A DNA stretch of 64,000 bases from an uncultured Verrucomicrobia subdivision 3 bacterium (GCA_903875465.1 CAIQWB010000108.1:1725-65724), one strand, 5' to 3'. Shown: positions 32,398 to 41,985, counted from the first letter of the stretch. Program-made: numbers and translations. Notes: generated by a model from the sequence alone, not told the origin.

Positions 32398-34827
32398 TCA
32401 TTGGGTATCAAACCAAAAGCCCGGTCCACTGAGGCTGGCCGCCACCCAGTGCCCCGGGCTGGCTGTGAGCGTCACCGCGCCGTCGGTCCGGGTGTAAATG
32501 ACCGGAATGCCAGTGGCAGCCAGACGTTGCTTGAGTGCGGTGGTGGCCCGGCGCAGCGGGGGAAATTCCGCATCGTTAATCACCATGAGGCGCGGGTGGA
32601 TGGCCTGGATCAAGGCGGCGCACAAGGGTTCGCCCCGGCCGGGCACACTGGCCACGACGACGTCCGCGCGCAAGTCCGGCGCCCGGTTTAACAGATCACT
32701 CTGGCCCGCGCGCCCCAGATCGGACAGGAGCAGGATGGTGGTCCCATAAAATTGCCGCCGCAGCACCAGGGCATGGTCATCCGCGAGGGAAAAGGCATTG
32801 GTAGGGCCGGGATGGAGCACCGTCCAACCGGCGATTTGGTCCTTGAGGCGAACCCTTTCATGGGCCTGATGGCGCTGGTCGAATTGTGCCACATAATCGC
32901 GATAGACTGGCGAACGAAAGTGAATGTCACTGGTGAACAGTGCGTCCACTGGGAACAACTCGTTCAAGCGTTCTGCGCCGCCGCAACTGTCCGCCCCACC
33001 GGTGGTCAAAATCAGGCGGGACAGGCGATTCACTCCCTGGGCGCGCAAAAATGGTTTTAACGTGCCGTCCACCGACACGGTGGTGCCGCAATTGACCAGG
33101 CATTGGTTGGTGTTTCCACCGCCGGTGACATAGACCACCTGGCTGCCGTTGAGCGGCAGGACGGTCAGGGTCAGGGTGGTTTGGGCCGTGGACCAAGCCC
33201 GCCAGCCCAAGGCGGCCACCACCAACAGGCTGGCGAGCGCGAGTCCTTGGGAAAATAAAGATTTCGGCCAGCGCAACCAGCCGGTCAGCAAGGCCACCAG
33301 TCCCAAATAATAGAGTCCAATCGCGGGCCAGGGTGGGGCCGGCACATATAAATAGGCACCCGGCCAATGGGCGGTGATTTCGCTCACCCGCGTCAGGAGC
33401 AGCATGAACAGCCAGGCGCCATGGTTAAAGAGTCCGCTGAGGGCGGGACACCAGGCACCGCACACCAGACTGCCCAGGTTGCTGGTCAGCGCGCCCATCC
33501 CCAGTGGCACCGCCACCAAGTTAGCCAGGGGAGAAACCGGACTGAACAAATTGAAATATTTGGCGGAGAGGGGAATGGATCCCACCCAGGCGGCGATCGA
33601 CAAAGCCAGCAATTGCCAGGCATGGCGCAACACCGCCAGGCCCCAGCGCTGCCAGCGGGGGATCAATTCTGGCGGCACGAGGGGGTCGAATTTTAGCCGG
33701 GCGTCCCCCCAGGCATTCATGGGTGGCAGCATCAAGGCGATGATCAAGACCACCAAAAACGACAGTTGAAAGCCCGCCGCAAATAATTCCGTGGGGTCCC
33801 AGAATAAAATCAGCAGCGCGGCGGCGGCCAGGGAATTGAGCAGATCACCGGGCCGATGCAACGCCCAGCCGAGAATTACGATGCTCATCATCACCGTGGC
33901 CCGGATGGCGGAGGGTTCCCAGCCCGTGGCCGCGGTGTAAAACCAAATCAAGGGGAGGCTGACCAGACCGCAGACCGCCCGCGGCAGGCGCAGCACCCGC
34001 AATAGAGTGAGGAGCATGCCGGATACTAGAGCAATACGCAGACCGTCAATCGCAAACAAGTGCATGGTGCCCGCCTGGAGGAAGGGGTCGCCCAGGTCAC
34101 CCTTGAAAGCGGTGTGCCAGCCCAGGGTCATTGCCCAGAGCAGGCGCAGGGGTTCGTCCTGGACCGGCAGGCCGAGCGCCAGGGTGCGCCGGGACCAGTC
34201 CATAAACCGCTGTGTGGGGGGTGGTGCGGTCAGCCCGTCGGCCGGGATTTGCCAGTCGTTGGTGCCGCGCACATTCAGTTGGAAATAAATGCCCCGGGTC
34301 GCCAACCATGCGCGATAATCCAGCAATCCGGGGGCCACGGGCGGGGCGGGCGGCGCGATCACGCCGGTGACTTCCACCCGTTGTCCCGCAAAAAACCGCC
34401 CGTCAAGCCCCATGGGAGTGGTGGCCATCACCCGCCCCGTGGCCGGTTCCCAATGCTCAGCCCGGCGCAACGCGGTTACCGTGAGAATGGTTTGGGAACG
34501 TTCAGCCTCGGTCCCCTGGCGTTCGACGATTTTTACCTGCGGTGGCTCGGCCACCCGCCCGAGCACCACCACCCGCACCGGCTGATCGGCCAGCAGATGA
34601 CGCAGATCCTGCGGGTCCAGCGGAAGGGTATGGCTGACGAGATTGGCCCAACCCGCCAATACCACCAGCACCCACAAACAGGCCGTTTGAATGCGTCCGC
34701 TGCCCCAGGCGAGTACGCCGGTGACGAGCACGAAGCTCCAGAGCAGGACGGGGGCGGGTTGGCAGAAATGACCCAGCAGAATGCCACCCGCATAGCCAGT
34801 CATGACTCCTGCCAGTGGACGCTTCAT
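32398..34827 (-). CDS. comEC: DNA internalisation channel ComEC/Rec2 (DUF4131 + competence + metallo-beta-lactamase domains)
   Basis: 809 aa, polytopic. Competence-domain motif FLQAGTMHLFAIDGLRIALV. The C-terminal soluble domain is MBL-like (LTVLPLNGSQVVYV...). Confidence 0.85.
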   Translation of the reverse strand: MKRPLAGVMTGYAGGILLGHFCQPAPVLLWSFVLVTGVLAWGSGRIQTACLWVLVVLAGWANLVSHTLPLDPQDLRHLLADQPVRVVVLGRVAEPPQVKIVERQGTEAERSQTILTVTALRRAEHWEPATGRVMATTPMGLDGRFFAGQRVEVTGVIAPPAPPVAPGLLDYRAWLATRGIYFQLNVRGTNDWQIPADGLTAPPPTQRFMDWSRRTLALGLPVQDEPLRLLWAMTLGWHTAFKGDLGDPFLQAGTMHLFAIDGLRIALVSGMLLTLLRVLRLPRAVCGLVSLPLIWFYTAATGWEPSAIRATVMMSIVILGWALHRPGDLLNSLAAAALLILFWDPTELFAAGFQLSFLVVLIIALMLPPMNAWGDARLKFDPLVPPELIPRWQRWGLAVLRHAWQLLALSIAAWVGSIPLSAKYFNLFSPVSPLANLVAVPLGMGALTSNLGSLVCGAWCPALSGLFNHGAWLFMLLLTRVSEITAHWPGAYLYVPAPPWPAIGLYYLGLVALLTGWLRWPKSLFSQGLALASLLVVAALGWRAWSTAQTTLTLTVLPLNGSQVVYVTGGGNTNQCLVNCGTTVSVDGTLKPFLRAQGVNRLSRLILTTGGADSCGGAERLNELFPVDALFTSDIHFRSPVYRDYVAQFDQRHQAHERVRLKDQIAGWTVLHPGPTNAFSLADDHALVLRRQFYGTTILLLSDLGRAGQSDLLNRAPDLRADVVVASVPGRGEPLCAALIQAIHPRLMVINDAEFPPLRRATTALKQRLAATGIPVIYTRTDGAVTLTASPGHWVAASLSGPGFWFDTQ

Positions 34828-34833
34828 GGCGGG

Positions 34834-35292
34834 CTACCTTGGTTTGCGGATTCGGTGCCAGCACCAGCCTGCCACCAATCCAGCCGCCCCGCCCGAGGTG
34901 TCCACCAACACATCGGAAAACAGGGACGTCCGACCGGGGACGAAACGTTGATGGAATTCATCCGAGGCGGCGTACAGGAAAACCAGGGCAAGGACGCCGG
35001 CTGTCAGCCTCCCTGACCATGCGGGGCCCCCGGTCTGCCCGGTGTTGGCCAGGGTCCGGCGCAAGAGCAGGGCCAGGATGGCATATTCCGTGAGGTGGGC
35101 ACATTTCCGCAGGACATGATGGATGGCATCCAACTCGGGTTGGGGCATCTGGGGAAACAGCCAGCGCAGTAGCGGTCCCACCAGGCTAAAACTCCGTTCG
35201 GCCGAGTGCCGGTCGGCCGAAGCGGAGAAAATCAGCACCATCCAACTCAAGGAGGGCAGCCAGTATTTGATGAAAATCCAGAGTTTGGACAC
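34834..35292 (-). CDS. VanZ-family membrane protein
   Basis: HVLRKCAHLTEYAILALLL and YAASDEFHQRFVPGRTSLFSDVLVDTSGG are VanZ-like. Start uncertain: GTG at 35292 is chosen, the ORF track gives 35403, and an ATG exists at 35241. Confidence 0.7.
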   Translation of the reverse strand: MSKLWIFIKYWLPSLSWMVLIFSASADRHSAERSFSLVGPLLRWLFPQMPQPELDAIHHVLRKCAHLTEYAILALLLRRTLANTGQTGGPAWSGRLTAGVLALVFLYAASDEFHQRFVPGRTSLFSDVLVDTSGGAAGLVAGWCWHRIRKPR

Positions 35293-35384
35293 GTAAAATG
35301 AAAACCGGAACCCGCCCGTGGCTGCAATCAAAATATGTTTCAAATTGCAATACCCCGAATTTTTTGGCAAACCATGCCCTCTCA

Positions 35385-36902
35385 ATGAAAAAGTATTTGT
35401 CATCGCTTGTTATCGCCGCCGTCTCGCTGGCGGCCACGGTCGGTGCCGCCCCTTTGGAAACGGGGTTGGTGGCCAGAATTCATTTTGCCGGCGGGGACAG
35501 CGTGGCGGCCGACCCCAATGCCGCCTCGCTCAAGGCGGTATGGTCCAGTCCCGAGGCCCAGTCGTTGCGGGTGCAAACCGTGGACAAATTATCCCGCTTT
35601 TTGGATGGCTGGCTGGGGCAGCAAGTGGCCCCACATCTGGCCGTCCCCTTACAGACGCGGGCGTTGCTCATTGATCTGACCCAGTCCGAATGGCAGTTGG
35701 AAGTTCATCAGGCCGCCGCTGGTGCCGTGCAGTTTTCCCTGGCCGTCCGGCTCGATAATTCCCGGGCCCAAGCGTGGCAAACCGCGCTGAAGCCGGTGGT
35801 GGCTGGCTGGAGGCAAACTTCGCCCGCACACCATGGCCAGCTCCAGCGTAACGGTGACTGGGTTTTGCTGACCTTGGACAACGCCACGGTCCCAGCCGTG
35901 CCCGCCACCGTTGCGGGTTTAAATCACCAATGGCTGACTGCCGAGGTGGACTGGACCCGGCTGGCGGTGTGGTTCCCGGCCGTGCGCACGCTGGATTTGC
36001 CCCAAACCCGGTTACAGGTCACCGGCCGTAACGGTAATTTTGAAACCACCGGCAATTTGTATCTGGCCCAGCCCCTGCCAACGCTGCCCAACTGGCAGTT
36101 TCCCACCAATCTGGTGCACTGGCCGTTTGTCAGCTTTACCGCCGCCCGGGGGATTGCCAACTGGCTGCACGACCAACCTTGGGTAACGTCAATGGGCCTC
36201 AATCCACTTCCGAACCAGGTGTTCACCTGGGTGGAGCCGCAGATTCCTTTTCTGGCATTTGCCGCGTTGCCATTGGCGAATGCAGATGCCGCGTTGCCGA
36301 AAATCCAAGGTGCCCTGACGGCCCGGTTGCAAGCCGAGCCGGTGGGTTCGGCGTACCACGGATTTAGTGTGACCACGGAACCCAACAAGGTGGCGCTCGT
36401 CGGACTGCCTTTGATTGCTCCGTATGTGGAGGCCCGGCAGGTCGGTGGGGCGAACTTTCTGGTGAGTGGGTTTTTGCCCGCCACCCCCCGGGGCAAGCCC
36501 GCTCCCACGGAAATTTATAACCGTTTAAATACGCCCAACCTGATTTACTTTCATTGGGAAGTTACGGCTGAACGCCAGAAAATTTTCCCGGAGCTTTACC
36601 AGTTGGGACTAGTGGTTACCCGGCACCGCCAGTTGGAGGCTACGAGTGCGGCCGGGCGATGGCTGTCGCATCTAGCCCCGGCGCTGGGGCCCACCGTGAC
36701 CACCGCCACGGAAATCAGTCCCAATGAAGTGAGCTTCGAACGTCATGCCCCGGGCGGGCTGACCGCCGTGGAACTGGTGGCCTTGTGCAGCTGGCTGGAA
36801 GCCCCCAATTTCCCGGGCTGCGATTTGCACGCGCCGCCCCCACGCCACCGCCCCCGGCCGGCGGGAGCCGGCGCCCCGCAACCGTTTATTCTCCACCCCT
36901 GA
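35385..36902 (+). CDS. secreted hypothetical protein (505 aa)
   Basis: Start at an internal Met giving signal peptide MKKYLSSLVIAAVSLAATVGAA. Trp-rich soluble protein with a Pro/Arg-rich tail. No family recognised. Confidence 0.6.
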   Translation: MKKYLSSLVIAAVSLAATVGAAPLETGLVARIHFAGGDSVAADPNAASLKAVWSSPEAQSLRVQTVDKLSRFLDGWLGQQVAPHLAVPLQTRALLIDLTQSEWQLEVHQAAAGAVQFSLAVRLDNSRAQAWQTALKPVVAGWRQTSPAHHGQLQRNGDWVLLTLDNATVPAVPATVAGLNHQWLTAEVDWTRLAVWFPAVRTLDLPQTRLQVTGRNGNFETTGNLYLAQPLPTLPNWQFPTNLVHWPFVSFTAARGIANWLHDQPWVTSMGLNPLPNQVFTWVEPQIPFLAFAALPLANADAALPKIQGALTARLQAEPVGSAYHGFSVTTEPNKVALVGLPLIAPYVEARQVGGANFLVSGFLPATPRGKPAPTEIYNRLNTPNLIYFHWEVTAERQKIFPELYQLGLVVTRHRQLEATSAAGRWLSHLAPALGPTVTTATEISPNEVSFERHAPGGLTAVELVALCSWLEAPNFPGCDLHAPPPRHRPRPAGAGAPQPFILHP

Positions 36903-36904
36903 TT

Positions 36905-37645
36905 ATGCTTAAACTAGGGGTTAATATTGATCACGTCGCCACCCTGCGCGAGGCGCGGTACCGCGGGCAGCCGTGGGGCGAGCCGGATCCAGTGCTGGCC
37001 GCGCAAATCAGCGAGGCCGCCGGCGCGCACGGCATCACCGCCCATCTCCGCGAGGACCGTCGCCATATTTTGGACCGCGATATCTGGCGCTTGCGCGAAG
37101 TGGTTAAAACGCGCTTCAATTTGGAAATGGCCAATGTGCCGGAGATCGTGGCCATTGCCCTCAAATTGAAGCCGGACATTATTTGCCTGGTGCCCGAGCA
37201 TCGCCTGGAGGTCACCACCGAGGGGGGGCTGGATGTGGTGGCCAACGAAACCGCGCTGGCCCGGACGTGTGCGCAAATGCGAACTGCGGGCATTGAGGTG
37301 AGCCTCTTCATTGATCCGGACGAACGCCAGATTGCGGCCAGTGCGCGCCTGGGGTGCGAATTCATCGAACTGCATACTGGTTCGTTTGCGCACGAGTTCA
37401 ACGACGCCGCGGGGCGGGAACGGGAACTGGACCGCCTCACTGCCGCCGCCCGGCAGGCCCATTCCCTCGGCTTGGGCGTCAATGCCGGCCACGGACTCAA
37501 TTACCATAACCTGGCCGCTTTGCATCGGGTGCCGCATTTGGTGGAGTTGAATATTGGCCACAGCATTATCAGCCATGCGGTGACCGTCGGCTTGAGCACA
37601 GCCGTCACCGAAATGCTGCGACTGATGGAGAATTACCCCGGCTAA
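36905..37645 (+). CDS. pdxJ: pyridoxine 5'-phosphate synthase
   Basis: MLKLGVNIDHVATLREAR... and HLREDRRHI, NLEM, ELHTG and HAGHGL motifs. Start is an internal Met of ORF 36785. Confidence 0.92.
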   Translation: MLKLGVNIDHVATLREARYRGQPWGEPDPVLAAQISEAAGAHGITAHLREDRRHILDRDIWRLREVVKTRFNLEMANVPEIVAIALKLKPDIICLVPEHRLEVTTEGGLDVVANETALARTCAQMRTAGIEVSLFIDPDERQIAASARLGCEFIELHTGSFAHEFNDAAGRERELDRLTAAARQAHSLGLGVNAGHGLNYHNLAALHRVPHLVELNIGHSIISHAVTVGLSTAVTEMLRLMENYPG

Positions 37646-37647
37646 CC

Positions 37648-38025
37648 ATGATATTGGGCCTCGGCACGGACATGGTGGAGGTGGCCCGCATTCAGGCGTC
37701 GCACGCCCAATTTGGCGAGCTCTTCCTCACCCGCATCCTGCGGCCCGCTGAAATTGCGTATTGCCTCGCGCATAAAACCCCGGCTCCGCACCTGGCCGTT
37801 CGCTTCGCCGCCAAGGAAGCCATCGCGAAGGCCTTCGGCACGGGGATTGGGGCGGAATTACACTGGCACGATCTGGAAATTGCCCGGGAGGCAACTGGTC
37901 GTCCTTATGTGATTCTCCATGGCGGTGGGCTGGACCTGCTGGCCGTCCGCGGTGCCCGGCAAGTGCATCTGAGCTTGAGCCATACCCTGCAATACGCGAC
38001 CGCCACGGCGATTTTAGAAGGGTAG
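37648..38025 (+). CDS. acpS: holo-[acyl-carrier-protein] synthase
   Basis: 125 aa with MILGLGTDMVEVARI... and FAAKEAIAKA. Sits in the conserved pdxJ-acpS arrangement. Confidence 0.9.
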   Translation: MILGLGTDMVEVARIQASHAQFGELFLTRILRPAEIAYCLAHKTPAPHLAVRFAAKEAIAKAFGTGIGAELHWHDLEIAREATGRPYVILHGGGLDLLAVRGARQVHLSLSHTLQYATATAILEG

Positions 38026-38093
38026 GGCCGGACCGCCCACAGCTCATGGTTGGTGAATGGGGATGCTTGCGGCTGGCTGTTTCCCGGACCGCG

Positions 38094-38147
38094 GCAGCCG
38101 GGCCGGTGCCAATCCCCGAGGCCTGGCTGCGCTTTCTGCTTTTTTTA
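38094..38147 (+). terminator. candidate Rho-independent terminator after acpS
   Basis: GCAGCCGGGCC...GGCCTGGCTGC (11-bp stem, 1 mismatch) followed by the T-rich GCTTTCTGCTTTTTTT. Confidence 0.5.
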
Positions 38148-38163
38148 GCGGGCCGATTGGGGC

Positions 38164-39414
38164 ATGCTCAGATTGATGGGTTTGGCCATTGCCGCGATTA
38201 TGTTTTTTGCCGGTGCGAGTTTTTTCTTCGCGCTGGCCGAAACCGCGCTGTTTTCCCTCGGCAAGTGGCAGGCCAAACAACTCGCCGAGGGCGCGCATCG
38301 CTCGGGGCGCGTCATTCAGGAACTCCTGGCCCAACCGCAAGACTTGCTGGCCACCCTCGCCCTGGGCAACACCTTTGCCAATGCCGCCATGCTGGCGGTG
38401 GCTTTGCGCATGGTGTTTGACGCCCAGTGGGTGCTGGCCTGGACCATGCTGGCGTTGCTGGTGCTCACCTTGGTCGTGGGCGAGGTGTTTCCCAAAACAT
38501 TGGCGGTGCGTGAGCCGGAATTATGGGCCCTCCGCGTTGCCTGGCCGCTGGCCTGGTTTCAACGCTGCACCCGTCCTTTGTTTCGGGGGGCCCAATGGTT
38601 GAACGCCGCGATCCTGAAAAAGGCCGCCGCCCAAACCGGCGCGCCCCGGAGCGGGGCCCTTACCGACTTGGAATATCAAGAACTGCTGGAAATGGCCTGG
38701 CGACAGGGCACCCTCGCGGAATCGGAAAAGGAAATCATCCTGCAAATTATCAGCCTGGACCAGCGCATGGCCCGCGATGTGATGCGGCCCCGTTCCAAAA
38801 TGGCCTGTCTTTCCGACGATGCCACGGTCCCGGAAATGATCACCTTTGCGAAAAAATGCCGCTTTCAACGCCTGCCCATTTATGACGAAACCCCGGATAC
38901 GATTGTGGGGATTCTCAATACCCGCGCCTTGTTGCTGGACCCAGGGATTGATCTCTCCGAAGTCATTGAATTTCCGTCCTTCGTGCCGGAGACCATGAAC
39001 CTGCTGCAATTGTTTAAAAGTTTGCAAAATCAACGGCGCGGACTGGCCATCGTGCTGGATGAATTTGGCGGGGTGGCGGGCCTGGTGACCATGGCGGACA
39101 TTCTGAGCCTGCTGGTGGGCACCATCCGGCCGGGGCAGCCAACGGGCGGGTTTGTCATGGAAAAACAGGGCCAGTACCGCTGGCGGGTTAACGGCACCAT
39201 GCGGCTGGATGATTTTCGCCGGGAATACCCCGCCCTGGGGGTGGTGGCGGAAGTCGAAACCATGGGGGGACTGCTCACGCATTTGCTGGGGGTGGTGCCG
39301 GCGGCGGGCGAGTCTGCTGAGTTTTCCGGTTTAAAGCTAACCGCGCAGGTGGCAGATGAACGTTGTGTGCGGGAATTAACGGTCCAACGGATTAAATTCC
39401 AGCGTCTTAACTAA
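38164..39414 (+). CDS. CNNM/CorC-family (HlyC/TlyC-like) membrane protein: DUF21 + CBS pair + CorC_HlyC, paralogue 1
   Basis: 416 aa. DUF21 N-terminus (FFFALAETALFSL...GEVFPK), a CBS region (VMRPRSKM...PIYDETPDTIVGIL) and a C-terminal transporter-associated domain. Confidence 0.85.
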   Translation: MLRLMGLAIAAIMFFAGASFFFALAETALFSLGKWQAKQLAEGAHRSGRVIQELLAQPQDLLATLALGNTFANAAMLAVALRMVFDAQWVLAWTMLALLVLTLVVGEVFPKTLAVREPELWALRVAWPLAWFQRCTRPLFRGAQWLNAAILKKAAAQTGAPRSGALTDLEYQELLEMAWRQGTLAESEKEIILQIISLDQRMARDVMRPRSKMACLSDDATVPEMITFAKKCRFQRLPIYDETPDTIVGILNTRALLLDPGIDLSEVIEFPSFVPETMNLLQLFKSLQNQRRGLAIVLDEFGGVAGLVTMADILSLLVGTIRPGQPTGGFVMEKQGQYRWRVNGTMRLDDFRREYPALGVVAEVETMGGLLTHLLGVVPAAGESAEFSGLKLTAQVADERCVRELTVQRIKFQRLN

Positions 39415-40404
39415 ATGTATTGGCCGCTCTTCAACTGGTTGCTGCTGGGCCTTTGCCTGGCCTTGTCCTTCCTGCTTTCCGGCATGGAGGCGGGGGTGTT
39501 TGCCCTCAACCGGTTGCGCATCCGGCGGCTGGCGCGCGGGGGCAATCGCCGGGCGGAATTGTTGCACCATTGGCTGGAAAAACCCGAGCGGTTTTTATGG
39601 ACGATTTTGGTCGGCAACACGCTGGTTAATTTCGTGATTCTCGGCTGGACGCTGGCGCAATTCCACGCCTGGCTGCCCGGGCTGCGGGTGCTGGTCATAG
39701 TCTTGTTCGTGATCGTGGTGTTTCTCTTTTATGCTTTTTTCGATCTCCTGCCCAAAATGCTGTTCCGGGCACACCCGAATTCGTTCTGTCTGGCCGTGGC
39801 CGGGGTGTTTCAGGTCATTTACCTGGCCTTGCAGCCCTTTGTTTCCGCGGTGGAGGAGGGATCCCGGCTGCTGCTGCGCTTTACCAAAGGCCAGGCCCGG
39901 ACCGCCCGGTTGTTTGGCAACCGGGAAGAAATGCGCGCGGTGATGCAGGAGGCGGCCCAGACCTTTTCCCGGGAGGAGCATGCCATGATCAACCGGATTC
40001 TCGATCTGCAAAACCTCACGGTGGCGCAAATTCTCGTGCCGCTGGCCCAAATTACCGGGGTGAAAACCACGGATCCGCTGGCCAGTGTGCTCGCCCTGGC
40101 CCGCGAAAAAAATCTATCCCGGTTCCCGGTCTGGGAAACCCGGCCGGACCATCGGCGGATTGCCGGGCTGCTCTATGTCAGTCCCCTGTTATTTCTGGAG
40201 GAACTGGATCCGCAGCGTCCCACCTCGGCTTTTATGGAACCCGCCTTGTATCTGGAAGCATCCACGCGCCTGGAGATTGCCCTGCGCCGGATGCAGCGCG
40301 GCGGGCAGCGCCTGGCCATTGTTCTGGATCAGGAAGGCCGGGAGACCGGCCTCATCACCCTGGAGGATATTTTAAAATTCATGTTTGGCGAGGTGAAGTT
40401 GTGA
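39415..40404 (+). CDS. CNNM/CorC-family membrane protein, paralogue 2 (DUF21 + CBS pair, no C-terminal CorC_HlyC domain)
   Basis: 329 aa. LSGMEAGVFALNRLRI...DLLPK, then a CBS region that ends with LEDILKFMFGEV. The ATG immediately follows the TAA of paralogue 1. Confidence 0.8.
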   Translation: MYWPLFNWLLLGLCLALSFLLSGMEAGVFALNRLRIRRLARGGNRRAELLHHWLEKPERFLWTILVGNTLVNFVILGWTLAQFHAWLPGLRVLVIVLFVIVVFLFYAFFDLLPKMLFRAHPNSFCLAVAGVFQVIYLALQPFVSAVEEGSRLLLRFTKGQARTARLFGNREEMRAVMQEAAQTFSREEHAMINRILDLQNLTVAQILVPLAQITGVKTTDPLASVLALAREKNLSRFPVWETRPDHRRIAGLLYVSPLLFLEELDPQRPTSAFMEPALYLEASTRLEIALRRMQRGGQRLAIVLDQEGRETGLITLEDILKFMFGEVKL

Positions 40405-41711
40405 ATTGGGACACCGCCATCCTAAATGCCCTGAAGCTGCTTGCGGTGCTCCTGCTCGTACTGCTCAATGGCTTTTTTGTGGCTGCCGAGTTTGCGCTCG
40501 TCCGCATCCGCGAAACCCAGCTGGATGAACTGGTCGCGCAAAACCGCCCCGGTGCCCGCATGGCCCGCCATATTGTACGGCATTTAAATACGTACCTGAG
40601 CGCCACCCAGCTTGGCATCACCATGGCCAGCCTGGGGCTGGGCTGGCTGGGCGAACCCGTCTTTGCCGCGCTGCTCAGCCCCGTGCTGGGGGCCGTGGGA
40701 CTGCATGCGCCCGTCTGGGTCCATTCCATCTCCTTCGCGTTTGGTTTTACCGCGCTGACTTTCCTTCATATCACGGCCGGTGAACTGGCCCCCAAATGGC
40801 TGACCATTCAAAAGCCGCTCTCCGTGGCGCTGGTTGCCTCCCGTCCCCTCCACTGGTTTTATCTGGCGTTCTATCCGTTTAACCGGCTCTTGAATCATGC
40901 CGCCCGCTGGCTGTTGCGGAAATTTGGCATCGAGCCGGATGGGCAGGCGGAAGGGTTGCACTCCGAGGAGGAATTACGCCTCGTGATTGGTGCCGCGCAC
41001 ACTGCCGGGGGCGGGCGCAATTTACTGCTCAATGCCCTGGACCTGCGCCGGCGCGTGGCCCGGGAGGTGATGCAGCCCCGGCACGAACTTACCGTGTTCG
41101 CCAGCGAGGCCAGCATCCCCGATTGTTTGCGGGTGGCCGAGCGCACCCGGTACTCCCGCTTTCCGATTTGTACCGGTGGCGACCTGGACCAGACGCTGGG
41201 GGTCATTCATGTGAAAGACCTGTTCGCCTGGCGTCATAAGGCCCGTACGGCCCGGGATTTACTGCCGGTTGCCCGCAAACTCATTTACGTGCCGGAAACC
41301 GCCCGGCTGGAACCCTTGTTGCAGCGATTCCTCGACCGCAAATTGCACTTTGCCGTGGTGGTGGATGAATACGGTGGCACGCTGGGCGTCGTGACGCTGG
41401 AAAATGTGATTGAAGAGCTGGTGGGCCAGATTCAGGACGAGTTTGACCAGGAAAAGCCCGAGCTGCAGAGCCTGGGCGAGCAGGTTTGGGAAGCCGCCGG
41501 AACCCTGCCGATTCACGAACTGGAAAAAATTGTGGGGGAGGTGCCGCACGATGAAACCGTCGCGACTGTCAGTGGCTGGCTGACGCAAAAACTGGAGGGC
41601 TTTCCGCAAGCGGGTGACACGCTCACGGTGGGCCGGTGCCAGTTAGTGATTGAGGAAGTGGATGGGCCGCGCGTGGCACGCTTGAAGATCACCCGGCAGT
41701 TGCCCGATTAA
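40401..41711 (+). CDS. CNNM/CorC-family membrane protein, paralogue 3 (DUF21 + CBS pair + CorC_HlyC)
   Basis: 436 aa. FFVAAEFALVRIR...GELAPK, a CBS pair (VMQPRHEL...), LENVIEELVGQIQDEFD and a C-terminal domain. The GTG start overlaps the previous stop (GTGA). Confidence 0.85.
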   Translation: MNWDTAILNALKLLAVLLLVLLNGFFVAAEFALVRIRETQLDELVAQNRPGARMARHIVRHLNTYLSATQLGITMASLGLGWLGEPVFAALLSPVLGAVGLHAPVWVHSISFAFGFTALTFLHITAGELAPKWLTIQKPLSVALVASRPLHWFYLAFYPFNRLLNHAARWLLRKFGIEPDGQAEGLHSEEELRLVIGAAHTAGGGRNLLLNALDLRRRVAREVMQPRHELTVFASEASIPDCLRVAERTRYSRFPICTGGDLDQTLGVIHVKDLFAWRHKARTARDLLPVARKLIYVPETARLEPLLQRFLDRKLHFAVVVDEYGGTLGVVTLENVIEELVGQIQDEFDQEKPELQSLGEQVWEAAGTLPIHELEKIVGEVPHDETVATVSGWLTQKLEGFPQAGDTLTVGRCQLVIEEVDGPRVARLKITRQLPD

Positions 41712-41712
41712 A

Positions 41713-41937
41713 CCCGAACTCCGAAATTAAAACGGACAGTCTGCATCAATCTCTTGGGCATAAACGCTTTGGAAAATTGGCTTCCCAAGCCGCTGCCAAT
41801 CAGTTGCCCATTTAAGAATGCGCGCTTCGCGCCGAGGCAGTCTCACCAGACCACTGCGGGTATGCCGGCGATTTTTCCAAAGTGTTTCTGCTCCAACATC
41901 TTAACGCATCCCAGCCGTTTTAATTTCGGAGTTCGGG
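41713..41937. mobile_element. MITE-like nonautonomous element / long inverted-repeat structure
   Basis: A perfect 25-bp inverted repeat: AACCCGAACTCCGAAATTAAAACGG at 41711..41735 and its exact reverse complement at 41915..41939, separated by 179 bp. Read instead as 23-bp TIRs (41713..41735 and 41915..41937), it is flanked by the direct repeat TTAAA (41708..41712 and 41938..41942). There is internal 10-bp complementarity (CTTTGGAAAA / TTTTCCAAAG). No ORF. Sits between convergent genes. Confidence 0.6.
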
Positions 41938-41985
41938 TTAAAGGGCGCGCCCGGGCGAGCTGGTTGGTTTGCCGCCTTGATAGCT

